64,000 bases of DNA from Neoechinorhynchus agilis (Eukaryota; Animalia; Acanthocephala), in assembly GCA_051530055.1 (NCBI GenBank), contig CM121341.1:124001-188000 (forward strand). The letters run 5' to 3'. Positions 34,501-49,500 of this stretch are shown here, one piece after another. The number at the start of each line of letters is the position of its first letter. Position 1 is the first letter of the stretch. The translations under genes and the position numbers were made by a program. Under the pieces are notes generated by a model that was given only the letters and a program-made list of their open reading frames with translations, made no database searches and had not been told where the DNA came from.

Positions 34501-37500
34501 ACTCGTAAGTTGTTAGGAAATGATAAAACATTTTGAGCATATCCAATGCGCTGATTTCAATTGTGTTATTTAATTTTAATGAATCTTGCAAATTTAGTGA
34601 ACTTTGACTCTTGTGACTTTTGACCAAATATGATAATGCGATTCCCGCTTCGAATATTGCAGTTGTAGTTTAGAAAGTCAGTTGATGTAGTCCATCTTAA
34701 CGCGCTGATTCCAAATCTGTATAAAGATTTGCGCTAGCTGTAATGGTTCGTGAGTTATGCGTTGTTCAATTTTGAGACAAACTGCCTTGATTATTGATAT
34801 TAAAACGTCAATAAATTTAAGATATAATTAACTTTTCTAGATATCCTTTTGACGCTCAATTCACCTGCAATCACTGTTTGATGTGGCTTTTTAAATTTTT
34901 ACACTTAGTTTAAGGATTGAAGTTCATAAAAGACACCTGAATTAAATCTGTAGTACTCGTAAGTTGTTAGGAAATGATAAAACATTTTGAGCATATCAAA
35001 TTCGCTGATTTCAATTGTGTTATCTAATTTTAATGAATCTTGCAAATTTAATGATCTTTGACTCTTGTGACTTTTGACCAAATATGATAATGCGATTCCC
35101 GCTTCGAATATTGCAGTTGTAGTTTAGAAAGTCAGTTAATCTGGTCTATCTTAACGCGCTGATTCCAAATCTGTATCCAGATTTTCAATAGCTGTAATAA
35201 TTCGTGAGTTATGCGTTGTTCAATTTTGAGACAAACTACCTTGATTATTGATATTAAAACGTCAATAAATTTAAGATATAATTAACTTTTCTAGATATAC
35301 TTTTGACGCTCAATTCACCTGCAATCACTGTTTGATGTGGCTTTTTAAATTTTTACACTTAGTTTAAGGATTGAAGTTCATAAAAGACACCTGAATTAAA
35401 TCTGTAGTACTCGTAAGTTGTTAGGAAATGATAAAACATTTTGAGCATATCAAATTCGCTTATTTCAATTGTGTTATCTAATTTTAATGAATCTTGCAAA
35501 TTTAATGATCTTTGACTCTTGTGACTTTTGACCAAATATGATAATGCGATTCCCGCTTCGAATATTGCAGTTGTAGTTTAGAAGGTCAGTTGATGTTGTC
35601 CATCTTAACGCGCTGATTCCAAATCTGTATCAAGATTTGCGCTAGCTGTAATGGTTCGTGAGTTATGCGTTGTTCAATTTTGAGACAAACTACCTTGATT
35701 ATTGATATTAAAACGTCAATAAATTTAAGATATAATTAACTTTTCTAGATATCCTTTTGACGCTCAATTCACCTGCAATAACTGTTTAATGTGGCTTTTT
35801 AAATTTTTACACTTAGTTTAAGGATTGAAGTTCATAAAAGACACCTGAATTAAATCTGTAGTACTCGTAAGTTGTTAGGAAATGATAAAACATTTTGAGC
35901 ATATCAAATTCGCTGATTTCAATTGTGTTATCTAATTTTAATGAATCTTGCAAATTTAATGATCTTTGACTCTTGTGACTTTTGACCAAATATGATAATG
36001 CGATTCCCGCTTCGAATATTTCAGTTGTAGTTTAGAAAGTCAGTTGATGTGGTCCATCTTAACGCGCTGATTCCAAATCTGTATCCAGATTTGCACTAGC
36101 TGTAATGGTTCGTGAGTTATGCGTTGTTCAATTTTGAGACAAACTACCTTGATTATTGATATTAAAACGTCAATAAATTTAAGATATAATTAACTTTTCT
36201 AGATATCCTTTTGACGCTCAATTCACCTGCAATCACTGTTTGATGTGGCTTTTTAAATTTTTACACTTAGTTTAAGGATTGAAGTTCATAAAAGACACCT
36301 GAATTAAATCTGTAGTACTCGTAAGTTGTTAGGAAATGATAAAACATCTTGAGCATATCAAATTCGCTGATTTCAATTGTGTTATCCAATTTTAATGAAT
36401 CTTGCAAATTTAATGATCTTTGACTCTTGTGACTTTTGACCAAATATGATAATACGATTCCCGCTTCGAATATTTCAGTTGTAGTTTAGAAGGTCAGTTG
36501 ATGAGGTCCATCTTAACGCGCTGATTCCAAATCTGTATCCAGATTTTCGCTAGCTGTAATGGTTCGTGAGTTATGCGTTGTTCAATTTTGAGACAAACTA
36601 CCTTGATTATTGATATTAAAACGTCAATAAATTTAAGATATAATTAACTTTTCTAGATATCCTTTTGACGCTCAATTCACCTGCAATATCTGTTTGATGT
36701 TGCTTTTTAAATTTTTACACTTAGTTTAAGGATTGAAGTTCATAAAAGACACCTGAATTAAATCTGTAGTACTCGTAAGTTGTTAGGAAATGATAAAACA
36801 TCTTGAGCATATCAAATTCGCTGATTTCAATTGTGTTATCCAATTTTAATGAATCTTGCAAATTTAATGATCTTTGACTCTTGTGACTTTTGACCAAATA
36901 TGATAATACGATTCCCGCTTCGAATATATCAGTTGTAGTTTAGAAAGTCAGTTGATGAAGTCCATCTTAACGCGCTGATTCCAAATCTGTATCCAGATTT
37001 GCACTAGCTGTAATGGTTCGTGAGTTATGCGTTGTTCAATTTTGAGACAAACTACCTTGATTATTTATATTAAAACGTCAATAAATTTAAGATATAATTA
37101 ACTTTTCTAGATCTAATTTTGACGCTGAATTCACCTGCAATCACTCTTTTATGTGGCTTTTTAAATTTTTACACTTAGTTTAAGGATTGAAGTTCATAAA
37201 AGACATCTGAATTAAATCTGTAGTACTCGTAAGTTGTTATGAAATGATAAAACATTTTGAGCATATCCAATTCGCTGATTTCAATTGTGTTATCTAATTT
37301 TAATGAATCTTGCAAATTTAATGATCTTTGACTCTTGTGACTTTTGACCAAATATGATAATGCGATTCCCGCTTCGAATATTGCAGTTGTAGTTTAGAAA
37401 GTCAGTTGATGAGGTCCATCTTAACGCGCTGATTCCAAATCTGTATCCAGATTTGCGCTAGCTGTAATGGTTCGTGAGTTATGCGTTGTTCAATTTTGAG

Positions 37501-40500
37501 ACAAACTACCTTGATTATTGATATTAAAACGTCAATAAATTTAAGATATAATTAACTTTTCTAGATATCCTTTTGACGCTCAATTCACCTGCAATCACTG
37601 TTTGATGTTGCTTTTTAAATTTTTACACTTAGTTTAAGGATTGAAGTTCATAAAAGACACCTGAATTAAATCTGTAGTACTCGTAAGTTGTTAGGAAATG
37701 ATAAAACATTTTGAGCATATCAAATTCGCTGATTTCAATTGTGTTATCTAATTTTAATGAATCTTGCAAATTTAATGATCTTTGACTCTTGTGACTTTTG
37801 ACCAAATATGATAATACGATTCCCGCTTCGAATATTTCAGTTGTAGTTTAGAACGTCAGTTGATGAGGTCCATCTTAACGCGCTGATTCCAAATCTGTAT
37901 CCAGATTTGCGCTAGCTGTAATGGTTCGTGAGTTATGCGTTGTTCAATTTTGAGACAAACTACCTTGATTATTGATATTAAAACGTCAATAAATTTAAGA
38001 TAAAATTAACTTTTCTAGATCTACTTTTGACGCTGAATTCACCTGCAATAACTGTTTGATGTGGCTTTTTAAATTTTTACACTTAGTTTAAGGATTGAAG
38101 TTCATAAAAGACACCTGAATTAAATCTGTAGTACTCGTAAGTTGTTATGAAATGATAAAACATTTTGAGCATATCCAATGCGCTGATTTCAATTGTGTTA
38201 TCTAATTTTAATGAATCTTGCAAATTTAATGATCTTTGACTCTTGTGACTTTTGACCAAATATGATAATACGATTCCCGCTTCGAATATTGCAGTTGTAG
38301 TTTAGAAAGTCAGTTGATGAGGTCCATCTTAACGCGCTGATTCCAAATCTGTATCCAGATTTGCGCTAGCTGTAATGGTTCGTGAGTTATGCGTTGTTCA
38401 ATTTTGAGACAAACTACCTTGATTATTGATATTAAAACGTCAATAAATTTAAGATAAAATTAACTTTTCTAGATATCCTTTTGACGCTCAATTCACCTGC
38501 AATCACTGTTTGATGTTGCTTTTTAAATTTTTACACTTAGTTTAAGGATTGAAGTTCATAAAAGACACCTGAATTAAATCTGTAGTACTCGTAAGTTGTT
38601 AGGAAATGATAAAACATTTTGAGCATATCCAATGCGCTGATTTCAATTGTGTTATCTAATTTTAATGAATCTTGCAAATTTAATGATCTTTGACTCTTGT
38701 GACTTTTGACCAAATATGATAATGCGATTCCCGCTTCGAATATTGCAGTTGTAGTTTAGAAAGTCATTTAGTCTGGACTATCTTAACGCGCTGATTCCAA
38801 ATCTGTATCCAGATTTGCAATAGCTGTAATGGTTCGTGAGTTATGCGTTGTTCAATTTTGAGACAAACTACCTTGATTATTGATATTAAAACGTCAATAA
38901 ATTTAAGATAAAATTAACTTTTCTAGATATTTTTGACGCTGAATTCACCTGCAATCACTGTTTGATGTTGCTTTTTAAATTTTTACACTTAGTTTAAGGA
39001 TTGAAGTTCATAAAAGACACCTGAATTAAATCTGTAGTACTCGTAAGTTGTTAGGAAATGATAAAACATTTTGAGCACATCCAATGCGCTGATTTCAATT
39101 GTGTTATCTAATTTTAATGAATCTTGCAAATTTAGTGATCTTTGACTCTTGTGACTTTTGACCAAATATGATAATGCGATTCCCGCTTCGAATATTGCAG
39201 TTGTAGTTTAGAAAGTCAGTTAATCTGGTCAGCTTTAATGGTTCGTGAGTTATGCGTTGTTCAATTTTGAGACAAACTACCTTGATTATTGATATTAAAA
39301 CGTCAATAAATTTAAGATAAAATTAACTTTTCTAGATCTACTTTTGACGCTCAATTCACCTGCAATCACTGTTTGATGTGGCTTTTTAAACTTTTGCACT
39401 TAGTTTAAGGATTGAAGTTCATAAAAGACACCTGAATTAAATCTGTAGTACTCGCAAGTTGTTAGGAAATGATAAAACATTTTGAGCATATCCAATGCGC
39501 TGATTTCAATTGTGTTATCTAATTTTAATGAATCTTGCAAATTTAGTGATCTTTGACTCTTGTGACTTTTGACCAAATATGATAATACGATTCCCGCTTC
39601 GAATATTGCAGTTGTAGTTTAGAAAGTCAGTTAGTCTGGTCAGCTGTAATGGTTCGTGAGTTATGCGTTGTTCAATTTTGAGACAAACTACCTTGATTAT
39701 TGATATTAAAACGTCAATAACTTTAAGATATAATTAACTTTTCTAGATACCCTTTTGACGCTCAATTCACCTGCAATCACTGTTTGATGTGGCTTTTTAA
39801 ATTTGTACACTTAGTTTAAGGATTAGGAAATGATAAAACATTTTGAGTGTATCAAATTCGCTGATTTCAATTGTGTTATCTAATTTTAATGAATATTGCA
39901 AATTTAATGATCTTTGACTCTTGTGACTTTTGACCAAATATGATGATGCGATTCCCGCTTCGAATATTGCAGTTGTAGTTTAGAAAGTCATTTAGTCTGG
40001 TCTATCTTAACGCGCTGATTCCAAATCTGTATCCAGATTTGCAAAAGCTGCAATGGTTCGTGAGTTATGCGTTGTTCAATTTTGAGACAAACCACCTTGA
40101 TTATTGATATTAAAACGTCAATAAATTTAAGATATAATTAACTTTTCTAGATCTTCTTTTGACGCTGAATTCATCTGCAATTACTGATTGATGTGGCTTT
40201 TTAAATTTGTACACTTAGCTTAAGGATTGAAGTTCATAAAAGACACCTGAATTAAATCTGTGATACTCGTAAGTTGTTAGGAAATGATAAAACATTTTGA
40301 GCATATCAAATGCGCTGATTTCAATTGTGTTATCTAATTTTAATGAATCTTGCAAATTTAATGATCTTGACTCTTGTGACTTTTGACCAAATATGATAAT
40401 ACGATTCCCGCTTCGAATATTGCAGTTGTAGTTTAGAAAGTAAGTTAATCTGGTCTATCTTAACGCGCTGATTCCAAACCTGTATCCAGATTTGCGCTAG

Positions 40501-43500
40501 CTGTAATGGTTCGTGAGTTATGCGTTGTTCAATTTTGAGACAAACTACCTTGATTATTGATATTAAAACGTCAATAAATTTAGATATAATTAACTTTTCT
40601 AGATATCCTTTTGACGCTCAATTCACCTGCAATAACTGTTTGATGTTGCTTTTTAAATTTTTACACTTAGTTTAAGGATTGAAGTTCATAAAAGACACCT
40701 GAATTAAATCTGTAGTACTCGTAAGTTGTTAGGAAATGATAAAACATCTTGAGCATATCAAATTCGCTGATTTCAATTGTGTTATCCAATTTTAATGAAT
40801 CTTGCAAATTTAATGATCTTTGACTCTTGTGACTTTTGACCAAATAAGAAAGTCAGTTGATGAGGTCCATCTTAACGCGCTGATTCCAAATCTGTATCCA
40901 GATTTGCGCTAGCTGTAATGGTTCGTGAGTTATGCGTTGTTCAGTTTTGAGACAAACTACCTTGATTATTGATATTAAAACGTCAATAAATTTAAGATAA
41001 AATTAACTTTTCTAGATATCCTTTTGACGCTCAATTCACCTGCAATCACTGTTTGATGTGGCTTTTTAAATTTTTACACTCAGTTTAAGGATTGAAGTTC
41101 ATAAAAGACACCTGAATTAAATCTGTAGTACTCGTAAGTTGTTAGAAAATGATAAAACATTTTGAGCATATCCAATGCGCTGATTTCAATTGTGTTATCT
41201 AATTTAAATGAATCTTGCAAATTTAGTGATCTTTGACTCTTGTGACTTTTGACCAAATATGATAATGCGATTCCCGCTTCGAATATTGCAGTTGTAGTTT
41301 AGAAATTCATTTAGTCTGGACTACCTTAACGCGCTGATTCCAAATCTGTATCCAGATTTGCAATAGCTGTAATGGTTCGTAAGTTATGGTTATTCAATTT
41401 TGAGACAAACTACCTTGATTATTGATATTAAAACGTCAATAAATTTAAGATATAATTAACTTTTCTAGATCTATTTTTGACGCTCAATTCACCTGCAATA
41501 ACTGTTTGATGTTGCTTTTTAAATTTGTACACTTAGTTTAAGGATTGAAGTACATAAAAGACACCTGAATTAAATCTGTAGTACTCGTAAGTTGTTAGGA
41601 AATGATAAAACATTTTGAGCATATCCAGTGCGCTGATTTCAATTGTATTATCTAATTTTAATGAATCTTGTAAATTTAGTGATCTTTGACTCTTGTGACT
41701 TTTGACCAAATATGATAATACGATTCCCGCTTCGAATATTGCAGTTGTAGTTTAGAAAGTCAGTTATTCTGGTCTATCTTAATGCGCTGATTCCAAACCT
41801 GTATCCAGATTTGCGCTAGCTGTAATGATTCGTGAGTTATGCGTTGTTCAATTTTGAGACAAACTACCTTGATTATTGATATTAAAACGTCAATACATTT
41901 AAGATAAAATTAACTTTTCTAGATATCCTTTTGACGCTCAATTCACTTGCAATCACTGTTTGATGTTGCTTTTTAAATTTGTACACTTAGTTTAAGGATT
42001 GAAGTACATAAAAGACACCTGAATTAAATCTGTAGTACTCTTAAGTTGTTAGAAATGATAAAAAATTTTGAGCATATCAAATTCGCTGATTTCAATTGTG
42101 TTATCTAATTTTAATGAATCTTGCAAATTTAGTGATCTTTGACTCTTGTGACTTTTGACCAAATATGATAATGCTATTCCGTTCGAATATTGCAGTTGTA
42201 GTTTAGAAAGTCATTTATTCTGGACTATCTTAACGCGCTGATTCCAAATCTGTATCCAGATTTGCAATAGCTGTAATGGTTCGTGAGTTATGCGTTGTTC
42301 AATTTTGAGACAAACTACCTTGATTATTGATATTAAAACGTCAATAAATTTAAGATAAAATTAACTTTTCTAGATATCCTTTTGACGCTTAATTCACCTG
42401 CAATCACTGTTTGATGTTGCTTTTTAAATTTGTACACTTAGTTTAAGGATTGAAGTTCATAAAAGACACCTGAATTAAATCTGTAGTACTCGTAAGTTGT
42501 TAGGAAATGATAAAACATTTTGAGCACATCCAATGCGCTGATTTCAATTGTGTTATCTAATTTTAATGAATCTTGCAAATTTAGTGATCTTTGACTCTTG
42601 TGACTTTTGACCAAATATGATAATACGATTCCCGCTTCGAATATTGCAGTTGTAGTTTAGAAAGTCAGTTAGTCTGGTCAGCTTTAATGGTTCGTGAGTT
42701 ATGCGTTGTTCAATATTGAGACAAACTACCTTGATTATTGATATTAAAACGTCAATAAATTTAAGATAAAATTAACTTTTCTAGATCTACTTTTGACGCT
42801 CAATTCACCTGCAATCACTGTTTGATGTGGCTTTTTAAATTTTTACACTTAGTTTAAGGATTGAAGTTCATAAAAGACACCTGAATTAAATCTGTAGTAC
42901 TCGCAAGTTGTTAGGAAATGATAAAACATTTTGAGCATATCCAATGCGCTGATTTCAATTGTGTTATCTAATTTTAATGAATCTTGCAAATTTAGTGATC
43001 TTTGACTCTTGTGACTTTTTACCAAATATGATAATACGATTCCCGCTTCGAATATTGCAGTTGTAGTTTAGAAAGTCAGTTAGTCTGGTCAGCTGTAATG
43101 GTTCGTGAGTTATGCGTTGTTCAATTTTGAGACAAACTACCTTGATTATTGATATTAAAACGTCAATAACTTTAAGATATAATTAACTTTTCTAGATACC
43201 CTTTTGACGCTCAATTCACCTGCAATCACTGTTTGATGTGGCTTTTTAAATTTGTACACTTAGTTTAAGGATTAGGAAATGATAAAACATTTTGAGTGTA
43301 TCAAATTCGCTGATTTCAATTGTGTTATCTAATTTTAATGAATCTTGCAAATTTAATGATCTTTGACTCTTGTGACTTTTGACCAAATATGATAATGCGA
43401 TTCCCGCTTCGAATATTGCAGTTGTAGTTTAGAAAGTCATTTAGTCTGGTCTATCTTAACGCGCTGATTCCAAATCTGTATCCAGATTTGCAATAGCTGT

Positions 43501-46500
43501 AATGGTTCGTGAGTTATGCGTTGTTCAATTTTGAGACAAACTACCTTGATTATTGATATTAAAACGTCAATAAATTTAAGATATAATTAACTTTTCTAGA
43601 TCTACTTTTGACGCTGAATTCACCTGCAATCACTGTTTGATGTGGCTTTTTAAATTTGTACACTTAGTTTAAGGATTGAAGTTCATAAAAGACACCTGAA
43701 TTAAATCTGTAGTACTCGTAAGTTGTTAGGAAATGATAAAACATTTTCAGCATATCCAATGCGCTGATTTCAATTGTGTTATCTAATTTTAATGAATCTT
43801 GCAAATTAAATGATCTTAGACTCTTGTGACTTTTGACCAAATATGATAATGCGATTCTCGCTTCGATTATTGCAGTTGTAGTTTAGAAAGTAATTTATTC
43901 TGGTCTATCTTAACGCGCTGATTCCAAACCTGTATCTAGATTTGCGCTAGCTGTATTGGTTCGTAAGTTATGCGTTGTTCAATTTTGAGACAAACTACCT
44001 TGATTATTGATATGAAAACGTCAATAAATTTAAGATATAATTAACTTTTCTAGATATCCTTTTGACGCTCAATTCACCTGCAATCACTGGTTGATGTGGC
44101 TTTTTAAATTTTTACACTTCGTTTAAGGATTGAAGTTCATAAAAGACACCTGAATTAAATCTGTAGTACTCGTAAGTTGTTAGGAAATGATAAAACATTT
44201 TGAGCATATCAAATTCGCTGATTTCAATTGTGTTATCTAATTGTAATGAATCTTGCAAATTTAATGATCTTTGACTCTTGTGACTTTTGACCAAATATGA
44301 TAATACGATTCCCGCTTCAAATATTGCAGTTGTAGTTTAGAAAGTCAGTTGATGTTGTCCATCTTAACGCGCTTATTCCAAATCTGTATCAAGATTTGCG
44401 CTAGCTGTAATGGTTCGTGAGTTATACGTTGTTCAATTTTGAGACAAACTACCTTGATTATTGATATTAAAACGTCAATAACTTTAAGATATAATTAACT
44501 TTTCTAGATATCCTTTTGACGCTCAATTCACCTGCAATCACTGTTTAATGTGGCTTTTTAAATTTGTACACTTAGTTTAAGGATTGAAGTTCATAAAAGA
44601 CACCTGAATTAAATCTGTAGTACTCGTAAGTTGTTAGGAAATGATAAAACATCTTGAGCATATCAAATTCGCTGATTTCAATTGTGTTATCCAATTTTAA
44701 TGAATCTTGCAAATTTAATGATCTTTGACTCTTGTGACTTTTGACCAAATATGATAATACGATTCCCGCTTCGAATATATCAGTTGTAGTTTAGAAAGTC
44801 AGTTGATGAGGTCCATCTTAACGCGCTGATTCCAAATCTGTATCCAGATTTTCGCTAGCTGTAATGGCAAGTGAGTTATGCGTTGTTCAATTTTGAGACA
44901 TACTACCTTGATTATTGATATTAAAACGTCAATAAATTTAAGATAAAATTAACTTTTCTAGATATACTTTTGACGCTTAATTCACCTGCAATCACTGTAT
45001 GATGTGGCTTTTTAAATTTTTACACTTAGTTTAAGGATTGAAGTTCATAAAAGACACCTGAATTATATCTGTGGTACTCGTAAGTGCTTAGGAAATGATA
45101 AAACATTTTGAGCATATCAAATTCGCTGATTTCAATTGTGTTATCTAATTTTAATGAATCTTGCAAATTTAATGCTCTTTGACTCTTGTGACTTTTGACC
45201 AAATATGATAATACGATTCCCGCTTCGAATATATCAGTTGTAGTTTAGAAAGTCAGTCGATGAGGTCCATCTTAACGCGCTGATTCCAAATCTGTATCCA
45301 GATTTGCGCTATCTGAAATAACAAGTGAGTTATGCGTTGTTCAATTTTGAGACGTACTACCTTGATTATTGATATTAAAACGTCAATAAATTTAAGATAA
45401 AATTAACTTTTCTAGATCTACTTTTGACGCTTAATTCACCTGCAATCACTGTTTGATGTGGCTTTTTAAATTTTTACACTCAGTTTAAGGATTGAAGTTC
45501 ATAAAAGACACCTGAATTAAATCTGTAGTACTCGTAAGTTGTTAGGAAATGATAAAACATTTTGAGCGTATCCAGTGCGCTGATTTCAATTGTATTATCT
45601 AATTTTAATGAATCTTGCAAATTTAATGCTCTTTGACTCTTGTGACTTTTGACAAAATATGATAATACGATTCCCGCTTCGAATATTGCGGTTGTAGTTT
45701 AGAAAGTCAGTTTATGTGGTCCATCTTAACGCGCTGATTCCAAGTCTGTATCCAGGTTATCGCTAGCTTTAATGGTTCGTGAGTTATGCGTTGTTCAATT
45801 TTGAGACAAACTAAATTGATTATTGATATTAAAACGTCAATAAATTTAAGATATAATTAACTTTTCTAAATCTATTTTTGACGCTGAATTCACCTGCAAT
45901 ATCTGTTTGATGTTGCTTCTTAAATTTGTACACTTAGTTTAAGGATTGAAGTTCATAAAAGACATCTGGATTAAATCTGTAGTACTCGGAAGTTGCTATG
46001 AAATGATAAAGCATTTTGAGCATATCCAATCCGCTGATTTCAATTGTGTTATTTAATTTTAATGAATCTTGCAAATTTTATGATCTTTGACTCTTGTGAC
46101 TTTTGACCAAATATGATAATACGATTCCCGCTTCGAATATATCAGTTGTAGTTTAGAAAGTCAGTTGATGAGGTCCATCTTAACGCGCTGATTCCAAATC
46201 TGTATCCAGATTTGCGCTAGCTGAAATTGCAAGTGAGTTATGCGTTGTTCAATTTTGAGACATACTACCTTGATTATTGATATTAAAACGTCAATAAATT
46301 TAAGATAAAATTAACTTTTCTAGATCTAATTTTGACGCTCAATTAACCTGCAATCACTCTTTTATGTGGCTTTTTAAATTTTTACACTTAGTTAAAGGAT
46401 TGAAGTACATAAAAGACACCTGAATTAAATCTGTAGTACTCGTAAGTTGTTAGGAAATGATAAAACATTTTGAGCATATCCAATTCGCTGATTTCAATTG

Positions 46501-49500
46501 TGTTATCTAATTTTAATGAATCTTGCAAATTTTATGATCTTTGACTCTTGTGACTTTTGACCAAATATGATAATACGATTCCCGCTTCGAATATATCAGT
46601 TGTAGTTTAGAGAGTCAGTTGATGAGGTCCATCTTAACGCGCTGATTCCAAATCTGTATCCAGATTTGCGCTATCTGAAATAACAAGTGAGTTATGCGTT
46701 GTTCAATTTTGAGACGTATTACCTTGATTATTGATATTAAAACGTCAATAAATTTAAGATAAAATTAACTTTTCTAGATCTACTTTTGACGCTGAATTCA
46801 CCTGCAATTGCTGTTTGATGTGGCTTTTTAAATTTTTACACTTAGTTTAAGGATTGAAGTTCATAAAAGGCACCTGAATTATATCTGTAGTACTCGTAAG
46901 TTGTTAGGAAATGATAAAACATTTTGAGCATATCGAATTCGCTGATTTCAATTGTGTTATCTAATTTTAATGAATCTTGCAAATTTAATGCTCTTTGACT
47001 CTTGTGACTTTTGACCAAATATGATAATACGATTCCCGCTTCGAATATATCAGTAGTAGTTTAGAAAGTCAGTTTATGAGGTCCATCTTAACGCGCTGAT
47101 TCCAAATCTGTATCCAGATTTGCGCTAGCTGTAATGGCAAGTGAGTTATGCGTTGTTCAATTTTGAGACAAACTACCTTGATTATTGATATTAAAACGTC
47201 AATAAATTTAAGATATAATTAACTTTTCTAGATAACCTTTTGACGCTCAATTCACCTGCAATATCTGTTTGATGTTCCTTTTTAAATTTTTACACTTAGT
47301 TTAAGGATTGAAGTTCATAAAAGACGCCTGAATTAAATCTGTAGTACTCGTTAGTTGTTAGGAAATGATAAAACATCTTGAGCATATCAAATTCGCTGAT
47401 TTCAATTGTGTTATCCATTTTTAATGAATCTTGCAAATTTAATGATCTTTGACTCTTGTGACTTTTGACCAAATATGATAATACGATTCCCGCATCGAAT
47501 ATATCAGTAGTAGTTTAGAAAGTCAGTTGATGAGGTCCATCTTAACGCGCTGATTCCAAATCTGAACCAAGATTTGCGCTAGCTTTAATGGCAAGTGAGT
47601 TATGCGTTGTTCAATTTTGAGACATACTACCTTGATTATCTATATTAAAGCTTCAATAAATTTAAGATAAAATTAACTTTTCTAGATATCCTTTTGACGC
47701 TTAATTCACCCGCAATTGCTTTTTGATGTGGCTTTTTAAATTTTTACACTTAGTTTAAGGATTGAGGTTCATAAAAGACACCTGAATTAAATCTGTAGTA
47801 CTCGTAAGTTGTTATTAAATGATAAAACATTTTGAGCATATCAAATTCGCTGATTTCAATTGTGTTATCTAATTTTAATGAATCTTGCAAATTTAATGCT
47901 CGCTTCGAATATTGCAGTTGTAGTTTAGAAAGTCAGTTGATGAGGTCCATCTTAACGCGCTGATTCCAAATCTGTATCCAGATTTGCGCTAGCTGTAATG
48001 GCTCGTAGTTATGCGTTGTTCAATTTTGAGACAAACTACCTTGATTATTGATATTAAAACGTCAATAAATTTAAGATATAATTAACTTTTCTAGATCTAA
48101 TTTTGACGCTCAATTCACCTGCAATCACTCTTTTATGTGGCTTTTTAAATTTTTACACTTAGTTTAAGGATTGAAGTTCATAAAAGACACCTGAATTAAA
48201 TCTGTAGTACTCGTAAGTTGTTAGGAAATGATAAAACATTTTGAGCATATCAAATTCGCTGATTTCAATTGTGTTATCTAATTTTAATGAATCTTGCAAA
48301 TTTAATGCTCTTTGACCCTTGTGACTTTTGACCAAATATGAAAATACGATTCCCGCTTCGAATATTTCAGTTGTAGTTTAGAAGGTCGGTTGATGAGGTC
48401 CATCTTAACGCGCTGATTCCAAATCTGTATCCAGATTTGCGCTAGCTGTAATGGTTCGTGAGTTATGCGTTGTTCAGTTTTGAGACAAACTACCTTGATT
48501 ATTGATATTAAAATGTCAATAAATTTAAGATATGATTAACTTTTCTATGTTTCCTTTTGACGCTCAATTCACCTGCAATATCTGTTTGATGTTGCTTTTT
48601 AAATTTTTACACTTAGTTTAAGGATTGTAGTTCATAAAAGACACCTGAATTAAATCTGTAGTACTCGTAAGTTGTTAGGAAATGATAAAACATCTTGAGC
48701 ATATCAAATTCGCTGATTTCAATTGTGTCATCCAATTTTAATGAATCTTGCAAATTTAATGATCTTTGACTCTTGTGACTTTTGACCAAATATGATAATA
48801 CGATTCCCGCTTCGAATATATCAGTTGTAGTTTAGAACGTCAGTTGATGAGGTCCATCTTAACGCGCTGATTCCAACTCTGTATCAAGATTTGCGCTAGC
48901 TGAAATGGCAAGTAAGTTATGCGTTGTTCAATTTTGAGACATACTACCTTGATTATTGATATTAAAACGTCAATAAATTTAAGATAAAATTAACTTTTCT
49001 AGATATACTTTTGACGCTCAATTCACCTGCAATCACTGTTTTATGTGGCTTTTTAAATTTTTACACTTAGTTTAAGGATTGAAGTTCATAAAAGACACCT
49101 GAATTAAATCTGTAGTACTCGTAAGTTGTTAGGAAATGATAAAACATCTTGAGCATATCAAATTCGCTGATTTCAATTGTGTTATCTAATTTTAATGAAT
49201 CTTGCAAATTAAATGCTCTTTGACTCTTGTGACTTTTGACCAAATATGATAATGCGATTCCCGCTTCGAATATTGCAGTTGTAGTTTAGAATGTTAGTTG
49301 ATGTTGTCCATCTTAACGCGCTGATTCCAAATCTGTATCAAGATTTGCGCTAGCTGTAATGGTTCGTGAGTTATGCGTTGTTCAATTTTGAGACAAACTG
49401 CCTTGATTATTGATACTAAAACGTTAATAAATTTAAGATATAATTAACTTTTCTAGATATCCTTTTGACGCTCAATTCACCTGCAATCACTGTTTGATGT

